Translations under genes and position numbers: made by a program | Source of the DNA: Bacteroidales bacterium UBA1756 | Lineage (GTDB): Bacteria; Bacteroidota; Bacteroidia; Bacteroidales; WCHB1-69 | Reading direction: 5' to 3' | DNA: 60,627 bases | Assembly: GCA_002314795.1 (NCBI GenBank) | Contig: DCHI01000054.1 | Span: 1 to 60,627 of the forward strand | In this document: positions 28,207 to 37,522 of the stretch, one piece after another | How positions within the stretch are numbered: the first letter of the stretch is position 1 | Layout: each line of letters begins with the position of its first letter | The notes under the pieces: generated by a model | Told to the model about the DNA's origin: nothing | Database searches by the model: none | Seen by the model: only the letters and a program-made list of their open reading frames with translations

Positions 28207-28214
28207 TATATTTG
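28207..28214 (+). promoter_or_regulatory. -7 box TATATTTG upstream of 28235 gene
   Basis: The sequence is agTATATTTGcgg, 21 nt before the ATG at 28235. This argues against the GTG start at 28217 given in the ORF track. Confidence 0.45.
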
Positions 28215-28234
28215 CGGTGTTAAAATTAACCCAA

Positions 28235-29044
28235 ATGTATTTAAACAGGATTCTTTTTATAATGTTATTATTGTTTGATTTTCAATTTGTTATATCAAAC
28301 AATCTCGATACATTAAAGCCATCCTCTAACGATATAAATTATTCGTTAAATAGTCATTGGCGACTGTCTCTTTTGCGTGACGACGCGGCGGCCTCCGTAT
28401 TTTTGGAACGGTCGGTCTTGCGTGCTTCTTTTGAAAATCGTTATTTCATTAAAGAGCTGATGAATGAAGAATTGGATGCGGTGTTTCGTTTTCAACAGAA
28501 TGCTTTCTTATTGAGTGTAAATCACTTGGGATGTTCTCGTTATGGTGAAATGTCGCTTTCTGCCGGGTACGCTCGTGGCTTCGGAAAACATATCGCCATC
28601 GGCTTACGCGCATACTATCTGTTTTCGCACGCGATGGAATACCCGTCGGTACACTCTTTTACGTTTGATGCGTCCATATACGCTCACATTGGGAAGAGTT
28701 TCGGCTTGGGATTCTCGGTCTATAATCCTGCGCGCCTCCGTTATGGTGTGACGGGAACGGTCTGTTTGCCTGTTCGACTACATTTTGACTTTGATTATTT
28801 GGTGGGCAGAAACGTACTCCTTTTTACCAAAATGGATTTGGAATTGAAGACCTGCGTGACTGCGACGTTGGGTTCGAGGTTCCGACTGCGAAATTTGTTT
28901 TTAACGTGTTGGGCCTCTTTCCCAAACGCAGCAGGCTGCATCCAGGTCGATTTGGCTTGCCGACGTTTTCTGTTGGGGGTGGAATGCACCTACTCCTATC
29001 CTCTCGGATTTGTACCCCGCGCCTCCGTTTGTGTTGCATTGTAA
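28235..29044 (+). CDS. Hypothetical protein, probable outer-membrane beta-barrel partner of the downstream HhH protein
   Basis: It has an N-terminal hydrophobic signal-like segment (MYLNRILFIMLLLFDFQFVIS), beta-strand alternation and a C-terminal aromatic-rich end. A 9-nt gap separates it from the next gene. Confidence 0.5.
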   Translation: MYLNRILFIMLLLFDFQFVISNNLDTLKPSSNDINYSLNSHWRLSLLRDDAAASVFLERSVLRASFENRYFIKELMNEELDAVFRFQQNAFLLSVNHLGCSRYGEMSLSAGYARGFGKHIAIGLRAYYLFSHAMEYPSVHSFTFDASIYAHIGKSFGLGFSVYNPARLRYGVTGTVCLPVRLHFDFDYLVGRNVLLFTKMDLELKTCVTATLGSRFRLRNLFLTCWASFPNAAGCIQVDLACRRFLLGVECTYSYPLGFVPRASVCVAL

Positions 29045-29053
29045 AATTACGAT

Positions 29054-31108
29054 ATGAAGAAACTTCTCCTGCTATTTCTGACAATTTTGGTTTCATTTTC
29101 CGCTAAGGCACAAGTGGATAGCGTGGCTTCTTCTTTCGAAGGTGTTGTCTTTGAAACCGTTGAGGAGCGCATTGCGGAGGTAGAGGAATCTGCCGATCTT
29201 TCCGATGACTTAGAGTCCTTGCTTCAGTGGCAGGGAAAACGAGTCAATTTGAACGAACTTTCGGCCGAAGTGGCGTATGTCCTCTTGAAACTTTCTGATT
29301 ATCAATATTATCAACTTCAACTTTATATTGAAACGTATGGAGAATTAGTGACTATTTATGAATTGGCTGCGGTAGAAGGTTTTTCGAGAGAGGATGTGGA
29401 ACGTTTGATGAACTGCGTTGAGGTTCGTCCTTCGCGACGGGCGCGCGGGCGGTTTGCAGACTTTTTTCGGAAGTCACAAAGTACGTTGTTGTTCCGTTAC
29501 GGACAGGTGCTTGAAAAACAGGCCGGTTATCGGAACGATGCAGCGAACGGGTACTTGGGTTCGCCGCAACAACTGACCTTCAAGTACTCCTTTCAGTCGG
29601 GAGAACATTTTTCGATGGCGCTGGCCGGTGAAAAAGACGCTGGTGAAGAATTTTTTAAAGGTAGCCAAAAACAGGGCTTTGACCACTACTCGTTTTTTCT
29701 TAATGTGAAAAATATTGGTGTTTTAAAAAGCTGCGTGATAGGTGATTATATGGTTAGCTTTGGGCAAGGGTTGGTAATGGGCGGACGAATGATGGGCAGT
29801 AGGGGCGGCGGAGCGGCGCAAGTCCGCCGTTTCCCGTCACTGCTTCGCGGCACCGCCTCGATGAACGAAAGTCGAAATTTTCGCGGAGTCGCCGCCGTTA
29901 TCGGCAATGCACAATACGTCGGTACAATCTTTTACGGTCACCGGTTCTATGATGCAAAAATTGCCGTTGACTCGTGCGGAGACGAATTTCTCAACGGCAA
30001 CTTGACCACTACGGGCTACCATCGAACCGATTCGGAAATAGCAGCTAAAAACACCGTTCGTGACAGAACTTATGGCGCTCATTTTCAATTGAAAAGAAGA
30101 ATTTTTGAGATAGGTGTTACCGCTGTGCGAACCCAATATTTGAGGAATCTTCCCCCTTCGGACGAGCGAGTGGATGTGTATTGTGGCTCTCCTGTTGTTA
30201 ATTTAGGGACGGACTACAAAGTCATCTTACGGCAGACGGTGCTGTTTGGTGAAATTGGTGTTAGTGTTGTTGAGAAAACGCCGGCGTTTGCCATTTTGCA
30301 GGGTGGCTTGTTCAAACCCGACCCGCGGAGCACGCTTTCTGCGGTGTTCCGTTACTACGATCGTTCGTACGAAGCGCCAAATGCTTCAGCATTTGGCGCG
30401 GGCAGCTCGTGTAGCAACGAGTGGGGCTTGTATGTCGCCGCCGATTATGTGACTGGCCGCCGCTCTTCTTTGTCTCTTTTTGCCGACTTCTACCGTTTCC
30501 CGTGGCTTCGATACAAGGCGGATAAGCCCAGCGGTGGTTTTGACATCGGTGCAAAGTTCAATGTCTCCCTCACCAAAAATTTAACTGCTTCTTTCAAATA
30601 CCAGTATTCTATGATTGAACAAAACTACCGGCTGACGGATTATTATCAGTCTGTCCCCACCATTCAGAAACATCGGTTCCGCTGCGTGGTTAGTGCGACT
30701 CCCATCTCGTGGCTGACACTGAAAACGCACGCTGAAACGGTGGTGAACTCCATTTCTGAAAGTCAGATTCTGAGAAACGGATTCCTGCTATTTCAAGATG
30801 TGGCTTTCAAATTTGAAAAATGGAATCTCGGACTTACCGGACGATTTGCTCTTTTCCAAATGGATTCGTATGATGAACGTATCTATGCGTATGAGAATGA
30901 CTTGTATCAAACCTTTACCATCAACAGTTATTATGGGAAAGGGGTAAGATATTATATCGTAGTGAGTTACGGATATGCTTTTTTCGATTTGCAACTCAAG
31001 TTCTCTCAAACCTACTACGATGATCGCTCAGTCATTAGCTCCGGGTTGTCACAAATTGACGGACGAACCAAAAGCGAACTTCGCTTACAGATGCTATTTC
31101 ATTTTTAA
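29054..31108 (+). CDS. Helix-hairpin-helix domain-containing large outer-membrane-like protein
   Basis: Signal peptide MKKLLLLFLTILVSFSAKAQ. The ComEA-like HhH region reads NLNELSAEVAYVLLKLSDYQYYQLQLYIETYGELVTIYELAAVEGFSREDVERL. A long beta-rich C-terminal region ends in F. Confidence 0.65.
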   Translation: MKKLLLLFLTILVSFSAKAQVDSVASSFEGVVFETVEERIAEVEESADLSDDLESLLQWQGKRVNLNELSAEVAYVLLKLSDYQYYQLQLYIETYGELVTIYELAAVEGFSREDVERLMNCVEVRPSRRARGRFADFFRKSQSTLLFRYGQVLEKQAGYRNDAANGYLGSPQQLTFKYSFQSGEHFSMALAGEKDAGEEFFKGSQKQGFDHYSFFLNVKNIGVLKSCVIGDYMVSFGQGLVMGGRMMGSRGGGAAQVRRFPSLLRGTASMNESRNFRGVAAVIGNAQYVGTIFYGHRFYDAKIAVDSCGDEFLNGNLTTTGYHRTDSEIAAKNTVRDRTYGAHFQLKRRIFEIGVTAVRTQYLRNLPPSDERVDVYCGSPVVNLGTDYKVILRQTVLFGEIGVSVVEKTPAFAILQGGLFKPDPRSTLSAVFRYYDRSYEAPNASAFGAGSSCSNEWGLYVAADYVTGRRSSLSLFADFYRFPWLRYKADKPSGGFDIGAKFNVSLTKNLTASFKYQYSMIEQNYRLTDYYQSVPTIQKHRFRCVVSATPISWLTLKTHAETVVNSISESQILRNGFLLFQDVAFKFEKWNLGLTGRFALFQMDSYDERIYAYENDLYQTFTINSYYGKGVRYYIVVSYGYAFFDLQLKFSQTYYDDRSVISSGLSQIDGRTKSELRLQMLFHF

Positions 31109-31177
31109 ATAATCACAACAATTATCGCAAACCGTCCCCTCCAACTTCATAACTTCCAACTCCCTGCCTCATTCTTC

Positions 31178-31274
<97 letters not shown>

Positions 31275-31286
31275 AAAACCAACGTT

Positions 31287-31592
31287 ATGCTATCGGTAAA
31301 AACAAGACTTATGACAGATGTCCCGCTGTCGTCACTTTTAGACGATTTTTTAAAAGAGAATAAGATGGAAGCTGCTTTCGACGAACATACGGCAGCTGCT
31401 CGTTTCAGTGAACTTCTCTCTGAAACGATGCGTCCTCATATCCAAAAAGTATGGGCAGAGCGGGGACAATTGTTTGTGAAATGCGATAGTGCAGTCGTCA
31501 AATTTGAGTTGTTGAACCGTCGTTCAGAATGGCTTCAGCAGCTGAATGCCGGTTTTGCAGAAACGGTAATCAAAGAAATTGTCGTTTTATAA
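31287..31592 (+). CDS. DUF721 domain-containing protein
   Basis: 101 aa. The pattern L..LL..FLKE......F...........L.......H.......G.L.V...S..V..EL.......L...N........I..I matches what I recall of DUF721 small proteins. Confidence 0.6.
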   Translation: MLSVKTRLMTDVPLSSLLDDFLKENKMEAAFDEHTAAARFSELLSETMRPHIQKVWAERGQLFVKCDSAVVKFELLNRRSEWLQQLNAGFAETVIKEIVVL

Positions 31593-31596
31593 AAAA

Positions 31597-31618
31597 AGAG
31601 GTTCCAGACGGAACCTCT
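31597..31618 (-). terminator. Hairpin terminator (T-tract on minus strand, serves pyrG; possibly bidirectional)
   Basis: The stem is agaggttcc-agac-ggaacctct. The minus strand reads the hairpin followed by ttttttt. Confidence 0.65.
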
Positions 31619-31624
31619 TCGTGA

Positions 31625-33223
31625 TTATTTCTTTAAACTGGCTTTTACAAACTGATAGAAAAGCGGGTGGGGACGGTTCGGACGGGACTTGAATTCCGGA
31701 TGGAACTGGCACGCCACGAACCACGGATGGTTGGGAAGCTCTATCATTTCCACGATGCTTTCATTGGGCGAAGTGCCACAAATCACCATTCCGGCTTTTG
31801 TCATAGCATCACGGAACTCGTTGTTGAACTCGTAACGATGACGATGGCGTTCGAAAATTTCTTCTTGTCCGTAAGCTTCGTATGCCTTGGTCCCCTTCAC
31901 TAATTTGCACGGGTATTTTCCTAAACGGAGGGAGCCACCGAGAATGCTGTACTCATTTTGTCCCGGAAGGAAGTCGATGATGGGATACGGCGTATTGGCA
32001 TCGATTTCACGACTGTTTGCTCCTTCCATACCACAGACGTGGCGAGCGAACTCGATGAGAGCGATCTGCATTCCGAGGCAGAGTCCTAAATAGGGGATGT
32101 TGTTTTCACGGGCGTAGCGAGCCGCGTTGATTTTTCCCTCAATACCACGCGAACCGAAACCGCCAGGTATAAGAATGCCATCGGCTTCGCGAAGCATCAT
32201 ACCGGCACTTTTTTCTGTAAGTTCTTCGGAATCAATCCACATAATGTCCATCTTCGCGTGATTGTAAATGGCGGCGTGCTTCAGTGCTTCCACCACACTC
32301 AAATAGGCATCTTGTAATTCTATGTATTTGCCCACCAATGCGATATGGACGGTTTTGTCAACGATTTTGCTTTTGGCAACCATATCTTGCCATTCGCTGA
32401 GATCCTTTTCGTTGCATTGCAATTTCAACCGTTTGATAACCTGTTCTGCCAGTCCTTCTTCTTCCAAAGCCAACGGAATTTCATAAAGAGACGGCATATC
32501 TAAGTTCTCGATGACGTTCTCATATTTCACATTGCAGAAAAGTGACAATTTTTCTTTGATGTCTTTTCCCAAGGCGCGGTCACAGCGGCACACCAAAATG
32601 TCGGGTTGGATGCCGAGACCGAGCAGTTCCTTCACACTGTGCTGGGCGGGTTTGGTTTTCAACTCGTTGCTGGGAGTGATGGACGGAACCAAAGCCACGT
32701 GAATGTACATACAGTTGGCGGGGCCTTCTTCAACGGCGAATTGGCGAATGGCTTCCAAGAAGGGGAGACTTTCATAGTCACCAACCGTACCGCCGATTTC
32801 CACGATGGCCACGTCCGCGTTGTTCGTGGTTGCATTCAAACGGATTTTCTCCTTAATCATATTGGTGATGTGGGGAATCATTTGAATGGTGGAGCCAGCA
32901 TAAACACCGTTTCGCTCGTTATTGATGACGGTGTAATACACTTTCCCAGCGGTGACGTTGCAATGTTTGTTCAGATTTTCGTCAATAAAACGTTCGTAAT
33001 GGCCAATATCAAGGTCGGTTTCACCGCCATCTTCCGTTACATAAACCTCTCCGTGCTGGTAGGGATTCATCGTTCCCGGATCTACATTCAAATAGGGGTC
33101 CAACTTCTGCATTGTAACCCTTAATCCTCTGTATTTCAATAATCTACCTAATGATGCAGCAGTAATTCCCTTTCCTAATCCGGAAACAACTCCGCCTAAT
33201 ACAAATACATATTTTGTTGCCAT
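31625..33223 (-). CDS. pyrG: CTP synthase
   Basis: 532 aa. The N-terminus is [27 protein letters not shown]. The GATase domain carries GLCLGMQ and HRHRYE. Confidence 0.97.
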   Translation of the reverse strand: MATKYVFVLGGVVSGLGKGITAASLGRLLKYRGLRVTMQKLDPYLNVDPGTMNPYQHGEVYVTEDGGETDLDIGHYERFIDENLNKHCNVTAGKVYYTVINNERNGVYAGSTIQMIPHITNMIKEKIRLNATTNNADVAIVEIGGTVGDYESLPFLEAIRQFAVEEGPANCMYIHVALVPSITPSNELKTKPAQHSVKELLGLGIQPDILVCRCDRALGKDIKEKLSLFCNVKYENVIENLDMPSLYEIPLALEEEGLAEQVIKRLKLQCNEKDLSEWQDMVAKSKIVDKTVHIALVGKYIELQDAYLSVVEALKHAAIYNHAKMDIMWIDSEELTEKSAGMMLREADGILIPGGFGSRGIEGKINAARYARENNIPYLGLCLGMQIALIEFARHVCGMEGANSREIDANTPYPIIDFLPGQNEYSILGGSLRLGKYPCKLVKGTKAYEAYGQEEIFERHRHRYEFNNEFRDAMTKAGMVICGTSPNESIVEMIELPNHPWFVACQFHPEFKSRPNRPHPLFYQFVKASLKK

Positions 33224-33248
33224 AATCTGATTTTGAAAAAAGACGGGT

Positions 33249-33256
33249 GCAAAAAT
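33249..33256 (-). promoter_or_regulatory. -7 box TATTTTTG upstream of pyrG
   Basis: The reverse complement reads acgTATTTTTGcaccc, 26 nt upstream of the ATG at 33223. Confidence 0.5.
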
Positions 33257-33291
33257 ACGTTAATTTTGTGGAACTTACGCATTTTGAGGAC

Positions 33292-33323
33292 AAAAAAAAG
33301 GGAGACCGTCAAAGTCTCCCTTT
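33292..33323 (-). terminator. Intrinsic terminator downstream of the 33344-34144 gene
   Basis: The minus strand reads aaagggagac-tttgacg-gtctccc followed by tttttttt. Confidence 0.7.
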
Positions 33324-33343
33324 CGTCTTATTCAAAAGAAAAA

Positions 33344-34144
33344 TTATTTTTTGATGAACTTTTGAGTAGCGGTACCGTTTTCACCGTTCAAACGAACGAA
33401 GTAAACGCCATTGTCCAAATTGCTAACGTTGACTTGCATATTGTCAACAACGCTTGCACTGTAAACAACTTGACCCAAAACGTTAACGATTTGGATGTTG
33501 TCATAACCAGCTGCTTCAACGTTCAAAACGGTAGTAGCGGGATTCGGGAAAATGTTTACGTTAGCTGCAGCATTTTCAGCGATTGCGGTAGTAGGTTCTG
33601 CATTGATTTGAATGTCATCCAACATAATTTGAGCACCATCTTGACCAAGGTAGCTGAATCTGAATTTAACATTAGATTGACCTGCTACATTAGAAATGTC
33701 AGGAGTTGCTTGGAAATACTCGAAGTTTTCATATTCGCCAATGGTTTGGCTGTCCCAGATATCAGAGTAACTAGCACCACCATCTGTACTTACAGCGACA
33801 ACAAGATGATAGTTCGGGTTAGGATCAACGCCCCAGTAATAAGAGAGTGAACACCAAAAAGAAAGCGTAGGATTTGTCATATTGGTGAAGTCGAAAGTAG
33901 GGCTGATTAATTTTTCATCTTGAACATTGAGGTCCTCATCATAGGTGCAATTAGCAAAGGATGATCCAGTATGTGCTGATCCATCAGTTTGATCTGTGCC
34001 AATTCCCCAGGTATAGGAGCTGCTTGATTGAACTTCCCACTGGCCGAAACCATTTTCAAAACCTTCTTCGTAAGGGAAAGAAGCTTGTGCATTTAATGCA
34101 ACAACGGCAAAGCAAATTGCCAAAAGGGATAAAACTTTTCTCAT
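33344..34144 (-). CDS. T9SS type A sorting domain-containing secreted protein (choice-of-anchor-J/MAM-like N-domain)
   Basis: It has a signal peptide. The N-domain begins FPYEEGFENGFGQWEV. The C-terminal ~75 aa (NVNIFPNPATTVLNVEAAGYDNIQIVNVLGQVVYS...LDNGVYFVRLNGENGTATQKFIKK) fit the Por-secretion CTD pattern. Confidence 0.8.
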   Translation of the reverse strand: MRKVLSLLAICFAVVALNAQASFPYEEGFENGFGQWEVQSSSSYTWGIGTDQTDGSAHTGSSFANCTYDEDLNVQDEKLISPTFDFTNMTNPTLSFWCSLSYYWGVDPNPNYHLVVAVSTDGGASYSDIWDSQTIGEYENFEYFQATPDISNVAGQSNVKFRFSYLGQDGAQIMLDDIQINAEPTTAIAENAAANVNIFPNPATTVLNVEAAGYDNIQIVNVLGQVVYSASVVDNMQVNVSNLDNGVYFVRLNGENGTATQKFIKK

Positions 34145-34181
34145 AATGTTTTAATTTAAGTGAATAAATAAATTGAGCGGC

Positions 34182-34189
34182 AAAAATAC
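34182..34189 (-). promoter_or_regulatory. -7 box TATTTTTG upstream of the T9SS-CTD gene
   Basis: The reverse complement reads gcgTATTTTTGccgc, 38 nt upstream of the ATG at 34144. Confidence 0.5.
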
Positions 34190-34229
34190 GCCTTTTTTCA
34201 AATATTGTGCATAATTGAAAATTTTTTTT

Positions 34230-34943
34230 TTACGATAAAATTTCTGCTAAAATAGGTACGGAATCAATATGATAAATCTGTTCGTTATGTTTGATGTAAT
34301 AACGTAAAAGTCCGTATAACAATTCGTTGCGAATCTGTTTGGGCGGAAATTCCTCCATCCTTCGTCCGTTCATCAGGTCAAAAAGATAAGTGGATGCCTC
34401 TTTCGTCAAGTAGTCCGGGTACTCAAAATATTCATTTACGAAGCACGCTTCTTCGATAGAAAAGTGGCAGTTTTGTTCAGAAAAGTTGTCTTTTGGGAAA
34501 AAACCGAGAATTTTGGAGAGGTCAACCAAAAAACGAAGATGAACATCTGTCAATTGGGTCTTTTCGTCATCCAAAGCTATCAACGACTGTTCGATAAAGT
34601 CATAAACGGCTTCGTCCGGCTGATAGTCCATCAATAATTTGTAAATCAATTCATTATAAAAAATAAAAATCGTTCTACGGACCATATCGAACGGTATGAG
34701 CGAGTAGGGTTGGTACAACGAAATTTCACGCAAATACTTCAATCCGTCACGGTGGTCGTCAAATGTCACCTCCACCAAAGACAGATTTTCCAATAAAGCC
34801 AGCACGCCCTTTCCCCTTTTCCCGAACGCCCCCTTCACCATAAACCCTTGAACACCAGCCTCCCGCGTGAACATCTTCACGACCACGCTCGTTTCCGAGT
34901 ATTTCGTTTTGTTCAGTACAATGGCCTTTGTTTTGATGTCCAT
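34230..34943 (-). CDS. recO: DNA repair protein RecO
   Basis: 237 aa. The N-terminal OB-fold pattern is TKAIVLNKTKYSETSVVVKMFTREAGVQGFMVKG. Length and helical C-domain are typical. Confidence 0.8.
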   Translation of the reverse strand: MDIKTKAIVLNKTKYSETSVVVKMFTREAGVQGFMVKGAFGKRGKGVLALLENLSLVEVTFDDHRDGLKYLREISLYQPYSLIPFDMVRRTIFIFYNELIYKLLMDYQPDEAVYDFIEQSLIALDDEKTQLTDVHLRFLVDLSKILGFFPKDNFSEQNCHFSIEEACFVNEYFEYPDYLTKEASTYLFDLMNGRRMEEFPPKQIRNELLYGLLRYYIKHNEQIYHIDSVPILAEILS

Positions 34944-34950
34944 CCGTAAA

Positions 34951-35054
34951 TGCAGAGACGCGATTTATCGCGTCTCTTTATATATTATGATTTATCGCGT
35001 CTCTTTATATATATTTATCGCGTCTCTTTATAATGTGTTATGATTTATCGCGTT
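34951..35054. repeat. Three and a half spaced direct repeats of ~20 nt (ATTTATCGCGTCTCTTTATA); the first is embedded in an 11-bp perfect palindrome
   Basis: The palindrome is agagacgcgat-tt-atcgcgtctct (34953-34976). Repeat copies start at 34963, 34990 and 35012, with a partial copy at 35043. The array lies between the rlmI-like stop and the recO start. Confidence 0.85.
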
Positions 35055-35078
35055 GCCGTTTATTTTGTGCCGCAGTTC

Positions 35079-36266
35079 CTACCCTTCAATATGAATGAGG
35101 AGCCCTTTCAGGTAGCTGCCTTCGGGATGGAAGATGTCAACGGGGTGGTCGGTGGCGGCCTCCAAATGTTTGATGACGCGGACGCGCTTGCCTTCCATAG
35201 CGGCAGCCGAGAAGACAATGGTTTGAAAATCTTCCTTGGAAATGGCCTGCGAACACGAAAAAGTGAAAAGGAAGCCGCCTTTGCGAACCTTCTGCATCGC
35301 CTTCCGGTTCAGGTTGCGGTACCCTTTGATTCCCTGTTCCTTCACTTTATGATGCTTGGCAAAGGCGGGCGGGTCGAGCACAATCACGTCGTAACTTTCA
35401 TCGGGAACGTGTTCGAAAAAGTCGAAAACATTTTCTGCAAACGAGCAATGCCGTTGCAGGTAACTGTCGCCCAATTCGGCAATGTTCATTTCTGTAAAGT
35501 CGATGGCTTTCTTGGAAATATCCACGGAATCAACGTGTTGGGCACCGCCGGCGAGCGCGTAGGCAGAAAATCCGCCGGTGTAGCAAAACAGGTTGAGAAC
35601 TTTCCGGTTGGCGGAATAGCTGCGAACCAAGTTGCGGCTGTCGCGCTGGTCGATGAAAAAACCGGTTTTTTGTCCGCGGATGATGTCGATATGGAACGGA
35701 ACGCCATTTTCTTTTACGATAACGTCATCAAAAGAACCGTAGAGTAATTCGTCAACAGGTTGAAAACCACGAATTTCCGGAAGTGTGGCCACACTTTTGT
35801 CATAGATGGAGCGTACGCGGTCGCCAAAAATATCTTTCAAAATAGTGACAAACGTGTCACGAAGACGGTACATTCCGTACGAATGAAATTGCAGCACGAT
35901 GTTCCCGTCGAACCAGTCCACGATAAGTCCGGGCATAAAGTCACCTTCGCCGTTAATCAGGCGGAAAACGTTGGTTTCTGGATTGTTTAAAAGTCCGATT
36001 TCTTTACGTAGGTCCGCTGCATTTTCAAACTTTTTCCTCCAAAAATTCTCATCAGGATTTACTTTTTCAAAACTGAAAATCTTGATACAGGTGGAGCTGT
36101 TGTGATAATGACCGGTTGCCATATATTGTCCGGCAGCGTCGTAAACCTCCACGACGTCGCCGTCGGCGATGCCGTCATCTTGTCGGAGGATGGCTCCTGA
36201 AAAAACCCAGGGGTGAAAGCGTTGCAAGGACTTTTCCTTGCCGCGTTGCAAAGTTACTTTTTTCAT
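35079..36266 (-). CDS. Class I SAM-dependent rRNA (cytosine-C5) methyltransferase, RlmI-like (PUA + MTase)
   Basis: The N-terminus is RGKEKSLQRFHPWVFSGAI. The MTase motif reads VLNLFCYTGGFSAYA..GGA..V.SVD.S and VIVLDPPAFAK. Confidence 0.85.
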   Translation of the reverse strand: MKKVTLQRGKEKSLQRFHPWVFSGAILRQDDGIADGDVVEVYDAAGQYMATGHYHNSSTCIKIFSFEKVNPDENFWRKKFENAADLRKEIGLLNNPETNVFRLINGEGDFMPGLIVDWFDGNIVLQFHSYGMYRLRDTFVTILKDIFGDRVRSIYDKSVATLPEIRGFQPVDELLYGSFDDVIVKENGVPFHIDIIRGQKTGFFIDQRDSRNLVRSYSANRKVLNLFCYTGGFSAYALAGGAQHVDSVDISKKAIDFTEMNIAELGDSYLQRHCSFAENVFDFFEHVPDESYDVIVLDPPAFAKHHKVKEQGIKGYRNLNRKAMQKVRKGGFLFTFSCSQAISKEDFQTIVFSAAAMEGKRVRVIKHLEAATDHPVDIFHPEGSYLKGLLIHIEG

Positions 36267-37327
36267 TATTCGTCGTCTTCTACGTATTCTTTGTGTTTAG
36301 CATAATTGCGCCATTTGTCCAAAACCTCCGCAAAATCGGCGGGCATTTCAGAATCAAACAGCATATATTTTCCGGTGACGGGGTGTGTGAACCCGAGCGA
36401 CTTGGCGTGCAGTGCCTGACGCGGCATCGCCTTGAAACAGTTGGTTATGAACTGTTTATATTTGGAAAAAGTAGTTCCTTTGATGATTTGGTCGCCTCCG
36501 TACGCCTCGTCATTGAAAAGCGGGTGCCCGATGTGTTTCATATGGACACGAATCTGATGCGTGCGTCCGGTTTCCAACTGGCACTCAATGAGAGTGACAT
36601 AGCCGAAGCGTTCGATGACGCGATAGTGTGTAACGGCGTGCTTGCCCGCATCACCTTCCGGAAAAACCGTCATTACCAAACGGTTACGTGGATCGCGACC
36701 CACATTTCCCACAATGGTGCCTTCGTCTTCCTTGAAATCGCCCCAAACCAGTGCTCGATATTTCCTGTCGATACTGTGATCGAAGAAATTGGCCGCCAAC
36801 TTAATTTGGGCGATTTCGGATTTCGCCACGACCAAAATGCCGGAGGTGTTTTTGTCGATTCGGTGCAGTAGAAGCGGTTTCAACTCATTACCTTCCTTAT
36901 CTTTCTGATTCAAGAAACGGAAGGTGAGAGCGTTGACCAACGTTCCCTCGTAATTTCCGAAAGCGGGATGAACCACCATACCGGCGGGTTTGTTGACGAT
37001 GATGAGGTCGTCGTCTTCGTACGGAACATCCAACGGAATATCTTCGGGTTTGATTTCAAAGTCGCGGGGCGGGTGCGGCAGCAGAATGGTGATGACATCG
37101 TTGGGGTGAACGCGGTAGTTCGACTTTTCGGGCTTCCCGTTCACCAAAATGCACTCCGCTTTCGCCGCCTGTTGGATGCGGTTTCGCGACGTGTTGGCCA
37201 TCAGGTTCGTCAGATAGCGGTCCATTCGGATTAATTCCGTCCCAGGGTCCGCAACAAATCGAAAATGTTCGTAAAGTTCGTCTTTCTCTTCTGCTTGTTC
37301 TTCAATGATTTCGTCTTCTTTTTTCAT
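36266..37327 (-). CDS. rluD: RluA-family 23S rRNA pseudouridine synthase (RluD-like, S4 domain + catalytic domain)
   Basis: The S4 region is RMDRYL...SRNRIQ. The catalytic motif is HRIDKNTSGILVVAK, and GRTHQIRVH is present. The start was trimmed to the ATG at 37327 (MKKEDEII) because a -7 box lies at 37355-37362. Confidence 0.9.
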   Translation of the reverse strand: MKKEDEIIEEQAEEKDELYEHFRFVADPGTELIRMDRYLTNLMANTSRNRIQQAAKAECILVNGKPEKSNYRVHPNDVITILLPHPPRDFEIKPEDIPLDVPYEDDDLIIVNKPAGMVVHPAFGNYEGTLVNALTFRFLNQKDKEGNELKPLLLHRIDKNTSGILVVAKSEIAQIKLAANFFDHSIDRKYRALVWGDFKEDEGTIVGNVGRDPRNRLVMTVFPEGDAGKHAVTHYRVIERFGYVTLIECQLETGRTHQIRVHMKHIGHPLFNDEAYGGDQIIKGTTFSKYKQFITNCFKAMPRQALHAKSLGFTHPVTGKYMLFDSEMPADFAEVLDKWRNYAKHKEYVEDDE

Positions 37328-37354
37328 ACTATTTGGCAAAATCGTTTTGGGCCG

Positions 37355-37362
37355 CAAAAATA
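37355..37362 (-). promoter_or_regulatory. -7 box TATTTTTG upstream of rluD
   Basis: The reverse complement reads ctcgTATTTTTGcggccc, 28 nt upstream of the ATG at 37327. Confidence 0.5.
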
Positions 37363-37460
37363 CGAGAAACAACTTTATAAACCTTACAAACTTTATGAAC
37401 TTTACAAACTTAAATAAATTTTAAAAGAAAAAAATCCATTCATTATTAAAGAAATAATTG

Positions 37461-37468
37461 TATTTTTG
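37461..37468 (+). promoter_or_regulatory. -7 box TATTTTTG upstream of 37523 gene
   Basis: The sequence is ttgTATTTTTGcacgc, 55 nt before the ATG. Confidence 0.45.
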
Positions 37469-37522
37469 CACGCTTTTGTGTAAAAGCTTTAATAAGGATA
37501 ATCAATTTAAAACCAATATCTT

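Noticed and set aside
33233-33850. A 205-aa plus-strand ORF lies opposite the T9SS type A CTD gene.
   Set aside because: It is a shadow ORF. The minus-strand frame has a signal peptide, a CTD, a promoter box and a terminator.
34951-35054. The direct repeats upstream of recO might be a small CRISPR array.
   Set aside because: The repeats are about 20 nt, with spacers of only 2-11 nt and just 3.5 copies. No cas genes are present in the window.
35040-36871. Plus-strand ORFs 35040-35747 and 36116-36871 lie opposite the rlmI-like and rluD genes.
   Set aside because: They are antisense to genes with unmistakable catalytic motifs, and their translations have no recognisable features.
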